DNA of 63,927 bases, counting the filler, from Folioceros fuciformis (lineage: Eukaryota), in the NCBI GenBank assembly GCA_049999805.1. It is 8 parts of 8 records of this genome, joined end to end, with 100 filler letters (N's around TTAATTAATTAA, not from the genome) between each part and the next. Parts side by side here need not be neighbours in the genome. Positions count along the whole stretch, not along the records: positions 10,643 to 27,199 come from JBNGIO010004105.1; positions 27,300 to 32,799 come from JBNGIO010004106.1; positions 32,900 to 37,338 come from JBNGIO010004107.1; positions 37,439 to 41,309 come from JBNGIO010004108.1; 4 more parts are not named here. One strand, written 5' to 3'. This document shows, in pieces, positions 25,140-37,479 of this stretch. The translations under genes and the position numbers were made by a program. The notes beneath the pieces were generated by a model, which did no database searches, was not told where the DNA came from, and saw only the letters and a program-made list of their open reading frames with translations. Each line of letters begins with the position of its first letter. Positions within the stretch are counted from its first letter, which is position 1.

Positions 25140-25760
25140 ACCAGTAACGCCCCCTTCCTTATACAGCGTAAAAGGAAGCAACGGCCTCGAATCTCGTCTA
25201 AACACTCCGCAGCGCTCCACTTACAATTCACTCACTCCCTCTCACACGACTCAGCACTAGGCTCCAAGTAGCCCGCCGTCCACTGACGACTCGCAGATCA
25301 CCTCCTCTAGGTGCTGCTCTTTATTCCAGATACTTACAAAAGAGTCTGGCGATCTACGGCCCACTGGCTACTGCCCTCGACTCTATCTGACAAGCTTGCT
25401 CTTCAAGCCCTCCACAGCTATGCCTCAAGGCTAGACTTCTCACTGTCTGCCTCTTTTTGTATCAGTGTATCACAGTATATCCTTAAGATCCTAACACTGG
25501 CCTATTTATACTCCACAGCTAAGCCACTGCTAAAGCTGGGAATGATACACACCACTCATCTTAGAATACTAGTGGTAATTACAACTCCATCCTTCTTAAG
25601 AGGTTTTGCCTGGAACACACAATTTGTTTACAAAGGCAGCAAGAAGCATACTTGCTTCTTCATCAGGACAGCTCTAGATTTAGCTTTCACCTTTCTACTT
25701 TTAACTTTCACCTTGTTTCACTTATGCCACCTTATGCCATTACTTGACCTGCACTTGTTG
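25140..25760 (-). mobile_element. Possible LTR remnant
   Basis: CT/CA-rich tract typical of plant LTRs and a minus-strand TATAAATAG near 25505. Ends not defined. Confidence 0.3.
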
Positions 25761-26049
25761 TAGAATTAATAAATCAATTAATGTTCTCCTCTACTCTTGA
25801 TCTACTTATGCTTCATGCCTAACCCAAAGCACACAGCTCTTATTATATTTATATAATAATATTATTAAATAAATGAATATGAATATACAATAGTAAGTAC
25901 TATCACCTTATTGCAATGGCATATTTATCCTAGTTACAATATATATTTCAAAGATTATGTAAATTATATTTCAAACACTATGCAAAGATATATCATAGGA
26001 ATGGAGTTCTTCCTCTATCCTCAATGGTGCACTAGGATAAGCACATTTT

Positions 26050-27000
26050 GGGAGCAACACTAAGGATGGAAAGCATTTCTTTAGCACTAGTGGTAGATAG
26101 ACTTCTTTGGCACCAGTGGTAGGTAGGCCTCTGCCTTCTACGAGCAATGGGTAGCTTTTAAGTATGATGTTCGAAGGCTAGTATCCTTTTTAGTCTTTGG
26201 TCCTACTTGAGTTGTTCTTATTTTTGGAGTAGATAAGACTTTCCATAGAAAGATAACACATTTTATCTTGGTAACAACATTTTATAAGTTTTTCGACAAC
26301 ATCTCCACACCCCTCTTTTATCTTTCGATGCTTTCAATTTCGTTGTCATGTTGGCAGGCACCGCATTGCCACCCATGGTGCATGAGGATGTCATGTTTGC
26401 CACCTATGTTGCATGAGGATGTCATGTTCTCAATGGCTAGGAAATATGGATTTCTTTCATATAGGGAACGTCCATATATCTTTCGTATAGGGAGGTTTCA
26501 CTTAGAGCCTACCTTTTTTTCATTAGGGGAAATAGGTTTGTGTTGTTGATGTTACGGATTCCACTAAGGATTCGATTTGCAAGCACCTCGTCATCAACCC
26601 CCTAATGGACGGTGGAGGGTTGGGCAAGAGCCAAAGTCCATAAGTGTTCTCCATTGCAACATGGGCATATTTTCATCCCCTTTGCTTCGAAGACTCACGA
26701 GGCCATGGGCAAGGACTTTTCATGGTTTATCAAGGAGTATGCAAAGGTTTATCATAAAACTACAAATGGTGTTCTTCCTTTTTTTTCTCTAGGATGGACT
26801 TCTTTCAACAATACGTTTTTTCTCTATGATGTAATAACACGTATCTATTGCTTTGTAAAGAGCATCGACTAACCAACCAACGTAACAAGCACAAGTCAAG
26901 TGGGTTCTTAGACATCGTTTATAGGTTGGCCTTTTTTATTCTACATCATGATATTTTGGGAGTAGTAGTTTATTATTCCACATCATGACATTTTGGGAGT
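26050..27000 (-). mobile_element. Degenerate retrotransposon internal sequence related to 58400-58900
   Basis: Shares CCACATCATGACATTTTGGGAG and TTTGGAGTAGAT..GACTTTCCAT blocks with 58487-58572. No intact ORF. Confidence 0.4.
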
Positions 27001-27049
27001 AGTAGTTTTGTCAATAGGATCGACTCCATGACATTTTGGGAGTAGTAGT

Positions 27050-27199
27050 TTTGTCAATAGGATCGACTCCAGTCTACGTGCAAGTGTAGAATAGGATCGA
27101 CTCCAGTCTACGTGCAAGTGTAGGAGAGGAGAGGAGAGAAGAGAGGGTGGTATTGGTGATCACAACCATGAAAACAATACACATCACCACTGTCTTACT
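27050..27199 (-). mobile_element. Partial copy of the Copia LTR found at 30796-31176
   Basis: Near-identical to 30880-30997 (AATAGGATCGACTCCAGTCTACGTGCAAGTGTAG...CACCACTGTCTTACT). Confidence 0.85.
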
Positions 27200-27540
27200 N
27201 NNNNNNNNNNNNNNNNNNNNNNNNNNNNNNNNNNNNNNNNNNNTTAATTAATTAANNNNNNNNNNNNNNNNNNNNNNNNNNNNNNNNNNNNNNNNNNNNG
27301 CTCGGAGCCACCCAGCTCGCCGTACACTTCCATAGATTGCTACTACGATCCTAAAACAAATCAATATTATGACTATGAGCTCAATCAAGTTCAAGTAAAA
27401 TAATTCACCCCAGAAATGGTTTCGTATGGCACGTTATGGGCTGACAGAAGTTCGTGACACACTGTGGTTACGACAGCACATGACAACGCCTGCAGCGATG
27501 TGACTCGGACGAAGGCAGGCCAGAGGCACCATGTATTGCT

Positions 27541-27549
27541 GCCACGTGG
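27541..27549. promoter_or_regulatory. G-box/ABRE (GCCACGTGG) about 110 bp upstream of ATG 27653
   Basis: Perfect CACGTG core with ACGTGGC on the minus strand. Function inferred. Confidence 0.45.
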
Positions 27550-27652
27550 AAAGTACCCTTGGCCGCTCCTGCGAGCCCCGGGACGAGAACCAAGGGAGGC
27601 GAGGTTGGAGCTAATTGACAAGCGAGACACGCAGACATCAGCCACAGCAACA

Positions 27653-28168
27653 ATGTCCGCAGGAGGAGTGCACTTGGAGGACACCAGCTCCATGTCGCAG
27701 CTGCTCACATCGGGACAAGGCCAGCCCAGGGGAGGATCCACAATCGAGCGATGCAGCCTGTCCACAGCAACTTCCAAGGATAAGTCGTCAGCACTGGCAC
27801 AGGCGCAGGCGCAGGGGCAAGAGCAAGAGCAAGAGCAAGAGCAAGATCAGTCTCACGAGGAGTCCCGCTCCAGATCCACCGATGAAGGCAGTACGATGAT
27901 CAGTGCCACCTCCGGCAGCCATGGCCGGAGCGGCGGTCCTTCTGTGCCGGAGCTGACGCCGGTTACCCGCGATGCCTACGGTGGGGGCCTCTACGGGATG
28001 GACGAGCACGAGCCGGCTCCCAGGACCGAGCAGGGCCTGGGCCGGGCCAGCGACTTCCAGAGCGCCGAGGGCTTGGCGGAGGACCTGCCCGCGCACCGCG
28101 TACAGCACGAGCCGCCTTCTACCGGGGACCGGGGGAGGGACATCACCGGCCAGTCCTACATACAGTAG
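27653..28168 (+). CDS. Hydrophilic plant protein of unknown function with conserved-looking C-terminus (AYGGG.YG...QSA.G...PPSTGDR..DITGQSYIQ)
   Basis: Intronless ORF with good start context (ACAATGTC). The C-terminal motifs resemble a small land-plant family recalled from memory. Confidence 0.75.
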   Translation: MSAGGVHLEDTSSMSQLLTSGQGQPRGGSTIERCSLSTATSKDKSSALAQAQAQGQEQEQEQEQDQSHEESRSRSTDEGSTMISATSGSHGRSGGPSVPELTPVTRDAYGGGLYGMDEHEPAPRTEQGLGRASDFQSAEGLAEDLPAHRVQHEPPSTGDRGRDITGQSYIQ

Positions 28169-28199
28169 CTCGATACTGTCCGATACTGCTCTGCTCGTC

Positions 28200-28595
28200 C
28201 GTTTGGTGCTAGGGTTTATGAGACTGTAACTCTCGGGTTTTTTATGCATTTGGTGTTAGGATTTGTGACACTGGAACTCTCGGCTTCCTTGCGCATTCGC
28301 TGCTATGTTTGTGAGACGGGAACTCGGAACCTTCGGCTTCCTTGTGCATTGGCTGTTATGGTTTGTGAAACGGGAGCTCTTGGCTTCCTTGCGATTTGGT
28401 GTTGTGGTTTCTGAGACGGGAACTCTCTGCTTCGTTGTGCGTTTGCTGTTGTGGTTTGTGAGCCGGGAACTCTCGGCTTCTTCGTGCATTTTCATGTTGT
28501 GGTTTGTGAGACGGGAACTCTCGGCTTCCTTGTGCATTTGCTGTTGTGGTTTCTGAGGCGGGAACTCTCGGCTTCCTTGTACATTCGCAGTTAGG
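28200..28595. repeat. ~47-bp tandem repeat (TTGTGGTTTGTGAGACGGGAACTCTCGGCTTCCTTGTGCATTTGCTG), about 8 copies
   Basis: GGGAACTC recurs at 28418, 28465, 28513 and 28560. Confidence 0.9.
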
Positions 28596-29086
28596 GTTAG
28601 TCAGGATTTACCGCTTGCCTTCCGCGTTTGCTTATGCTTACGAGCAGGAGGAATCTGAAAGCTTTTCTTGCTCTTGATTTCGCGTTTGCTTTTGCCCCGA
28701 GTTGTGCGTCGTTCCGTTTAGGATAGAGTTCGTGTGCACGTCTCAAAGTGCACAGAACTTGCAGTCTGGAATGCACTGTAACGGGCACCATGGTACCCTA
28801 ATCTGATGCTGTGGGAACCGGAATGGAATGCCCCAAGCAGTTGTTCTGAGTCGATCTTGCCAATTTGTTCAACTGGTAGAGTATACGGAGGAACCGAGAA
28901 GCACAAAAGATGGTTTCATTGAGTGAGTGATGAGCCTTCCACATCAAAGACGTCAACCGAACAGCGCAGTGCGCCTTTAATGCTTTGGCAGATTACCGAA
29001 AATAACAGAACTACGGGCATAGCCGGCCTCACAGCGCCGTGAGCACCGAACGGCACAGTGCGCAGCTCACTGCGTGACTTTACGAC

Positions 29087-29222
29087 CCTTCGTAATAAGC
29101 GGGCCGGGTCGGCATATAAGCGGGAACCTTCGTNNNNNNNNNNCCTTCGTAATAAGCGGGCCGGGTCGGCATATAAGCGGGAACCTTCGTAATAAGCGGG
29201 CCGGGTCGGCATATAAGCGGAT
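29087..29222. repeat. 40-bp identical tandem repeat (CCTTCGTAATAAGCGGGCCGGGTCGGCATATAAGCGGGAA), collapsed at a 10-N gap
   Basis: Three identical units flank the gap. Confidence 0.9.
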
Positions 29223-29467
29223 CGGGGCGGATCGGGTAGCAGTGGCTTCACGTAATGACGATGATATATAATCTCGCTGGCTTAGCCGTACGGCTGGATA
29301 GGGTGTGGTTAAACCCTAAACCTATGGAGTTGCACCATGTTATTACCATGGTTTTGCATGCATGTATGGAGTATATATCGTGGTTCAATATACGTTATTG
29401 GTTACATACGTTTTAAGTAATTTCTTGAGAAGTTATTTTTTAAATTTATTTCTTAGAAATCACATAT

Positions 29468-30168
29468 TTACCCAATATAGTTGGAGCTATTGATGGGTCA
29501 CATATTAAATTAGCTGCACAACCAAGTAAACAAGACAATCCTATGGCTTATTGGTGTCGCCATGATATTCATTCTATTGTTTTGCAAGAAATCTATGATG
29601 CTGACAAGTTATTCCTAGATGTTTCTGGCACACCTCTTGGTGGAGTACATGATGCAACTATTTTAAGGGGGAACAATATATGGCAAAGGATGGTTCAAGG
29701 TCAAATTTTAACAGAGTCATCCTTGGAGGTTTCTCGGACAATAATCACTTCTTATATTGTGGGGACAGTGCATACTCTTTGATGCCTTTTTTAATTGAAG
29801 CATTTCATGCAGTGAGAGGTAACAATGAGAAAGCCAAGTTCAACAAGAGCATGCGTCGCGGATGTGTGAAAATAGAGAATGTATTTGCTCTATTGAAGAA
29901 CAAATAGCGTATACTGAAGAACTTAAATGTGAGGTTGAAATATGCACCTCAAGTTGTCAGGGCTTGATGTGCACTTCACAATTATTGCATTACGATTGGA
30001 GAGGCCAAACCTAGTGATGTTGATGAGGACCCATTTCCTTTACATGGCCTCCACAATAGGAATATGTGGGATGATATATTTATTAGGCAGATGCATAGTG
30101 AGGCAAAAATAAGGAGGGAAGCTTTATTTCAAGGCTGGAAAAATTCCCAGCATGGGGAGGCTACATAA
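29468..30168 (+). mobile_element. PIF/Harbinger DDE_Tnp_4 transposase remnant
   Basis: LPNIVGAIDGSHI, GGVHDATIL, GDSAY, FN...R..IENVFALLKNK and CALHN motifs, with a frameshift and stops. Confidence 0.85.
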
Positions 30169-30795
30169 TTTTGAGAAGTATATTGTGTGTAACAAAAAAA
30201 CAAATCCACACAACAAAAACTTAGAATCGTTTAGCTACTGCTCGTCCACATTCTAATTCGTGCTTTTCTTTGGAGGCCACTTTCCTAAAACCCTAGCTAT
30301 GTGTAATTGGTTATCCAATTGCGTCTATTGTTTCTTCATATCATGCTCTTATAGAAGTGATTGCATCTTCACAGAGTTTTCCATTTTGGCAGCCTCAATT
30401 GCTAATAGGCATTGAGCAAAAGCGGCTAACCCAGCAACAATGTCCTTGCCCAATGCTACAGAAGACCTCTTGTGCTTCACTTTTCAACATCATACACCCT
30501 CTTGAGCTTGCTAGTCACTGTCGTCGTTACAAGGTGAGGATGCAGGCTCCGGTATGGCCTAATGGCCATATGCTCTTGCATTGTTCAATGAAAGAAAAGA
30601 AGACCACACACAAGATTGCATGAGGTTAGCATTCTCCACTTACAACAAACTTTGTTGTAAGTGGTAGGTACACCAAATTAGCAAACATTGAGAATTAGCA
30701 TGCACATAAGATTGTGGAGAGCACGTATGCTTGGAGGCGTGACAACATAGCAAGCACCTCAGTCAGGCATAAATCTTTGCATCGTACAAAACCTT

Positions 30796-31176
30796 TGTTA
30801 CGTAGAGCTAGGAATCAGTGGTGGAGGTGGACTGCTTGCACCCACACCATCCACAGGTGTGCCATCTAGTGTCTTGTCTGTCAATAGGATCGACTCCAGT
30901 CTACGTGCAAGTGTAGGAGAGGAGAGGAGAGGAGAGAAGAGAGGGTGGTATTGGTGATCACAACCATGAAAACAATACACATCACCACTGTCTTACTATG
31001 GAGATCCGAGGTCTCCATTTAAGTAGTACATTTAGGGCTACACAACTTCCAGGTTCAATATGGGATAATCTACACTATCCTAAGTTCACTAATAACTAGA
31101 ACTAGTCTAGTATGAACCCAACTGGGATAACTAACACCACATGAGTTTAGCTCATATAGAGCTCGATAACTCAACA
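30796..31176 (-). mobile_element. 3' LTR (381 bp, TGTTGA...TAACA) of a Ty1/Copia element; polypurine tract at about 31177-31185
   Basis: On the minus strand, GAGGAGGAG|TGTTGAG directly follows the pol stop. Terminal TG...CA. Confidence 0.8.
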
Positions 31177-31189
31177 CTCCTCCTCGAGC

Positions 31190-32799
31190 TCAACATAGCA
31201 TCTGTACGCCTAACATAGCTCGGAATTTCTTCAGCTTCTCTGCTCCCATTGGCTTAGTAAATATATCGGCTATCTGCTCGTCTGTGTTGACATACACAAG
31301 ATCAATAGCTCCAGATAAAATCCTTTCGCGAAGAAAATGATAATGTATTTCAATGTGTTTTGTCCTGGCATGAAACACTGGGTTTCGCGCCAACTGTATG
31401 CTGCTAAGATTGTCACAGTAGATAACAACCTTGTCGTTGACCTGCAATCCGAAATCTCCGAGTAACTTACAAATCCAAGTCACTTCACACGCTGCCATTG
31501 CTGCGCCTCTGTATTCAGCTTCTGTACTAGACAAAGCCACTGTAGGCTGCTTCTTGCTACTCCATGTAATTGCTGCACTCCCAAGTGAAAAAGTGAATCC
31601 ACTTGTAGATCTACGATCAGTAACACTGCCTGCCCAATCTGCATCTGTGTATCCACACAGGTTTATTTCTAAATCTGCAACATAAAAGAGAGCATGATCC
31701 ATAGTTGCCTTCACATAGCGCAATGTTCGCCTTACTGCATCCAAATGTGGCTTTCTTGGCGCCTGCATAAACTGACTTTGCAATCCCACTGTATAGTTCA
31801 AATCTGGTCGGGATAGAGTGAGATATATCAAGCTACCCACAGTCTTCCTGTACATTGTTGGATCTTCAAGTGCTTCACCATCATGAGCACTGAGCTTTAG
31901 ATTTTGATCCAAAGGAATCGAGATTGGCTTGCACTCAACCATACCATACTTAGTTAGTACATCCGACGCATACTTCCTATGTTACAGCCAAATGCCTGTG
32001 TTGGTTCGTATAATTTCAATGCCCAAAAAGAACCTCAGTTCACCTAGGTCCGCCATCTTGAACTCTTGTTGTAGAAGTTCCTTGATCTGCTCCACTTGAT
32101 CCAACTGATTACCTCCAATGATTAGATCATCCACATAAATGGTCACAAAGACCAGTCGTTTTGTACTTTTGCACACATACAACGAATGATCCGCATCTGC
32201 CATGTTGAATCCGATGTGAATCAGATGCTGAGCAAGATGCTCATGCCAAGCCCTCGGGGCTTGCTTCAGTCCGTACAACGTTTTTTTCAGCTTGCACACA
32301 TGATTTGGATGATCCAAATTCTCATATCCTGGTGGCTGGTCCATGGATACTTCTTCCAGCAATTCTCCATGTAAAAACGCATTCTTCACATCCATATGAT
32401 GTAGGACCCAACCTTTCGATGCCGCTAGTGCGATCACGGTTCGAATTGTTGCCATTTTGGCAACTGGACTGAACGTCTCCTCAAAATCTATTCCATATGT
32501 CTGGGCATATCCCTTGGCCACAAGCCTTGCCTTGTACCTGTTGATACTACCATCTGCGTTGTGTTTGACCTTGTACACCCATTTGCAACCTATTGGTTTC
32601 TTGCCTTCAGGTAGTTGTACTAGGTCCCATGTTGCATTCTGATTTAACGCATTCATTTCTTCATCCATAGCATGTTCCCACTTTGTGTCTCCAATAGCTT
32701 CTTCAAAGCTTCTTGGTTCCACATCCTGTACAACCTTTGCCATATAGGCATGGTGCCTAGCTACATAGCTATCATAGGTCAACCGCTGTATTGGAACCT
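31190..32799 (-). mobile_element. Ty1/Copia pol (RT-RNase H) with one in-frame stop at 31982-31984
   Basis: KARLVAKGY, MDVKNAFLHG, LYGLKQAPRAW, IYVDDL, YTDADWAG, SSTEAEY and ADIFTK. Confidence 0.95.
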
Positions 32800-34342
32800 N
32801 NNNNNNNNNNNNNNNNNNNNNNNNNNNNNNNNNNNNNNNNNNNTTAATTAATTAANNNNNNNNNNNNNNNNNNNNNNNNNNNNNNNNNNNNNNNNNNNNG
32901 CATGGACGTATCCTGCGCTGGCTGGGCTGGGCTGGGAGGGGGCAGCGCAGCCGGCAGACCCTGGACTCGAAAGCGACGCGCAGGCGCAGCAGCAGCAGAA
33001 GAAGAAGAAGACGGCAGGCAGGCAGGCCGACAGAAGGAGAGACAGATGTGCGGGGTAGAGCAGGACCAGCCGCCGGAGAAGTCCAGGCAAGCCAAGGTGC
33101 GGGGGAAAAGAAAGGGAGGAGCCGCAACAACAGCAGCAGCGGCAGCAGGAGGCAGGCAACAAAGTGCTGGGCCGACGACGCGGGCAGAGTCGAAAGAGAG
33201 AAGAGATAGCGGCGCTGCACATAAGCGTCCACCCTTCCCTTTCTCTTCGACTTCCTCTCCGTCTTCCTCTTCCTCTTCCTCTTCCTCTTCCACTTCCCTC
33301 CTTCCCCTTGCCGGGCAGCTGGTGGGCTGGGCCAATCGGACGTGAAGGCCGACGCGGCGTAGGAGGCGGAGGTCCAGACACAAGGCGACAAGGACGGGCC
33401 TGGGGACCTGGGATGGCGGGCTGCCCGTCCGTCCATCTGCCTGCTGCGCCTGCCCGCCCGCCCGCCATCGCCACAGTCCAGGAAGCCGCATTTTAGCCGC
33501 ATCGGCCAGTACAGGCCTTAGCCTTAGGAGGAGTGATAACGGTAATGGGCGCCGATAGCGTGTGGTGTTTTAACTTAAGCTCAGGGGGGCTGTTAAGGGT
33601 TTGACTGCGAGTATCTGCAAGCAGATTTGGTGGGCCCCGCGGGTGGGCCCCGCCTCCCATCCCCCCGTCCCGACAGCCCAGCGTCCCTGGGCCCTCAAAG
33701 CCGGACCCGGAGCCGGAGCACAGGAGGTGAGAGAGAGACTCGGAGGTCCCATCACACATACATGATGTACTGAACTGTACTGTACATGGAGATGGTGAGG
33801 TGCATATATATGCATGTAAGTACATATGTATATATAAAGGCCGGCAGCAGCGCCATGGTAAAGATTCTGAAATAACTGCGTGGTAAAAACGAGGTGGAGA
33901 GGACGGGGCGGCCAGGGCCCCTTTACGGCCTTACTCTCACCGTCGCGGCCCTCTCCTCACGTGGGCGAATAGCACGCGCGGAAAGGGAGCGGGATATGCG
34001 GCGGGATCCGGGGGTGTGCGCCAGGCGCCACGCCCATCTGCTGCCTCAAAGGAGCAACCAAAATCCCCCAAATTACGGGACTATGGATCGCATGCCCCAT
34101 CATGATCATGTCTGGACCACCACCACCACCACTACCGTTCGTTTCCCCAAATATTCACAAATCCCCCCAAACCTACGCCTTCACATACATACATACATAC
34201 CCTTGTATTCTCTTCCTCTGTGCTGTGCTGTGCTGTGTCCAGGAGTCCCGTCCCGGCTGTGTGGAGCGTCAAACAAGGACGATTCCTAGTCGCTTCGTCA
34301 TCATGAGTCGCCTGGTCGTCACGCGTCTTTGTAACGTTCCTG

Positions 34343-34441
34343 CCAGACCTGGCCTGGCCAGACCAGACCAGGCCAGACCGGACCAGACAAGACCAGACCA
34401 GACCAGGCCAGGTCAGGTCAGGTCAGACCACACCACACCAG
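34343..34441. repeat. (CCAGA/CCAGG)n pentanucleotide microsatellite
   Basis: Direct inspection. Confidence 0.85.
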
Positions 34442-34949
34442 GCGAAACTGTCATTAGCCGCAACGCGCTGTTTATTAACCTCCTGTCCTCCTTCCCTTCG
34501 CTTCCCCTCCCTTCTCTTGGCTTGTCTTCTCCATCTTCTAATAACCACCTAAGTAAGCCGTGCGTACGGTTCATGAATGAAGGGATATTAGTGGAGCCCC
34601 CTCATTGGTACCGCAGATATTGTTTCTGCGCTCCTTTCTGGAATCTTGCATCTTGTTATTTTGGTGTTCATGTATTTGTATGGTAGGGGCAAGATAAGGT
34701 GATACCGCTCTAGGGAGGTTTGCTTGCATATCTCTCCATCTCGCTAGACCTAGAGCTGTACGACTTCATGCTCTCTTTGCTCTCATATTTATCTCTTGTT
34801 CGTANNNNNNNNNNNNNNNNNNNNNNNNNNNNNNNNNNNNNNNNNNNNNNNNNNNNNNNNNNNNNNNNNNNNNNNNNNNNNNNNNNNNNNNNNNNNNNNN
34901 NNNNCCTCAGTTATCAATGCAACATTGAGGAGGTAGCTAGCTGGAGTGA

Positions 34950-36330
34950 AGCATTATGAAAAAGGTTGCACACAGCTTGCAACTTCCTGCTCACACACGG
35001 TACCACAAAGGTGAACAAACATGAAGCACAAAGCGGCTTAACCAAAGTTATCACTCCACCCAAATCATCACTTCACCTCTTCCACTCTACATGAATTCCC
35101 CACAGATTCTGGTCTCCGAGTAGTTACCACTTCTCTTATGACAACTCCTGCACAAGAATCTACCATGTAAGACCTCCGGCCAGGTATAGGGTCAGTGGGA
35201 CTTTTAGATGTTGAAGCTTTTTTATATGAGTGAGAATGTCATTCTCTTCTTTCATTCACAAACCATGGTATTGGATTGTCACACTAGCCACTCTTAGCAA
35301 TGTTCCAAACTTGATATATATTCTTCAACCATTTGCAACTAGTGTTTATTGAAGTAGGAAAACCTCAACATTTGTCTTTGTGATGGCGTCCTTTCTTTAA
35401 CAAGAGTAGATAAGATCCCAAAAAGACCTAACAAGAGTAGATAAGATCCCAAAAAGACCTAAGGACAGATGAGTCTAAGATAAGGGCCCTTTCTACTTGC
35501 ACTTAGTGCTTTCCTAGAAGAAAGGCATGAAGATCCCTCAATCCTGCCCTAGAGAAGGAGTTGAAAGATGGTAGGGCCTCCTAGGTTTGCATTGATAGTA
35601 AAGACTCACTCGCTTATCTGAGAGACACCTATGAAGGAAAAAAACAGCCTCCTCAACATTCGAGATGAAATCCTTTATAAGAGGAAAATCTTCGAGCGAA
35701 AAATCAAGAGGTGAAAGTTGAAACTGAAGGGCCACCTACAAAGATAGGTGGCAAGGGCTTAAGTCTTTATGGTTAGCAAGCCAATGCACCCAAAGGCAAT
35801 TAGCAAGCATTCTTGCTAATTGCCTTTGGGGGCAAAATCACCAACGGTTCACTCAAAGGTGCATAGGCGTATGATGTCCCTTGACACCTCCATAGCCTAC
35901 TAGTTGAATTTCCTAAGACTTATAAGAAAATTGAAGAAGGGAGCAATAGTTCTAATGATGTAACTTCGTCACCCCACAAAGTAGAAAGAAAGAATACCAA
36001 GACTATGATTCATAAGAGCCCCATGATGGGAGTCAAGTCCGTGTCCAAAACCGCATCCATAAATCAATGGAAAAAATCAAGAGGTTCCATAAGAACTCTC
36101 AAGACTTGCAATCCCTACAAGGAGACAATATACCCTACACTTTCCTCTTCTCAAATATTGAAGAGTGGCCACTCTTTAAAATTTGAGCAATACTTTCAAA
36201 AAAGTGTTTTTCAAAGACCCAACTTTGCATTGAGACAGCTTTACCCATCAACCCATCCAAGAGAGCTTCGTGGATTAGAGGTCGAAGGTTGCCTTCGCTT
36301 TGTCCCCTAGCTTGAGAATATATCATGTGC
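34950..36330 (-). mobile_element. Possible highly degenerate retroelement (LINE-like) remnant
   Basis: Coding-like composition broken by stops. No intact diagnostic motif. Confidence 0.25.
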
Positions 36331-37047
36331 ATGTTGTTGATTTAAAAACTCCTCTTGATGGTAGGACCATGTTATTAGTCAACCTTAAACAGCAAGGCAT
36401 TGAAGGAGCGAACAAATGGAATGAGAGAGGCCTACTATGGAGGCAAAACCCCGGGCACGGATTGCCAACGGGTTCCACCTTTAGTGGCCACACTTATCCC
36501 ACTGTCGTTGAGACATTGGGTTTCGTTCCCACGAAGGAGTGATGGGGTTCCTTGCTGCTGTGGATGGAGGGTCGGACTTGATCGACTCGATGATGGATTC
36601 GAGGGCTCCCCTCCAGCTCCGATCAGGCGTAGGACAGGCCTCGCTGTCCGGCGTTCAGCTGCACCTCTCTCGGTGCCCACAAACTCACTCTAGTCACTAC
36701 AACGACCCTAACATCTCAGATCTGCGACTTCCCTCACTCACTTCACTCACTCTCTCACTCCAGCACCAACACCAGCAACTAACAATGACACCACTACCTT
36801 CTACACTCCCCTACTGACTCCTCCTACCCGGCAAGAGTCACTAGACTAACCCCAAACAAAAGGAAGAAGGGAACACACTCCCCTCTTGGGTATCTCCTCC
36901 CTACAACCTTACCAGACGCCATGACACATGGCCGGCCTACAGCACTTGACCAAGCAAGGAACAAGAGTGGACAGGTCGAGAGAAAGACACATCCTTTACA
37001 ATCAAGAGCTAGGGGCAAGCCCCTTCACCCTGGTCATTACACCTTGT

Positions 37048-37220
37048 GATCCTACCAGACACTATACAACTGGCAACACGCTGCCCGCGATCCTACCAGA
37101 CACTGTACAGCCGGCAACACACTGCCTACGATCCTACCAGACACTGTACAGCCGGCAACACATGGCTTGCGATCCTACCAAACGTTGCACAGCCGGCAAC
37201 ACACTGCAGGTCCTAGACCA
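37048..37220. repeat. 41-bp tandem repeat (GATCCTACCAGACACTGTACAGCCGGCAACACACTGCCTAC) within an LTR-like region (about 36690-37338)
   Basis: Unit starts at 37048, 37089, 37130 and 37171. Confidence 0.85.
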
Positions 37221-37479
37221 AGCAAGGACAGACCACAAGAGCTCAGGAAGAGAGGACCTCCAAGAGCTCACAAAGGGATAGATTGACTCCCAAAGTGAAT
37301 GACTCCCTCCTCCTACAGGCTCACCTGATCTTATAGGANNNNNNNNNNNNNNNNNNNNNNNNNNNNNNNNNNNNNNNNNNNNTTAATTAATTAANNNNNN
37401 NNNNNNNNNNNNNNNNNNNNNNNNNNNNNNNNNNNNNNAAATATAAATAAAATTCAAGTGAGGGTTGCATTACGCTCCC

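Noticed and set aside
32844-34700. Long ORFs in several frames
   Set aside because: Explained by GC-rich low-complexity and microsatellite sequence plus read-through of Ns; probably the promoter/UTR of a gene cut by the scaffold end.
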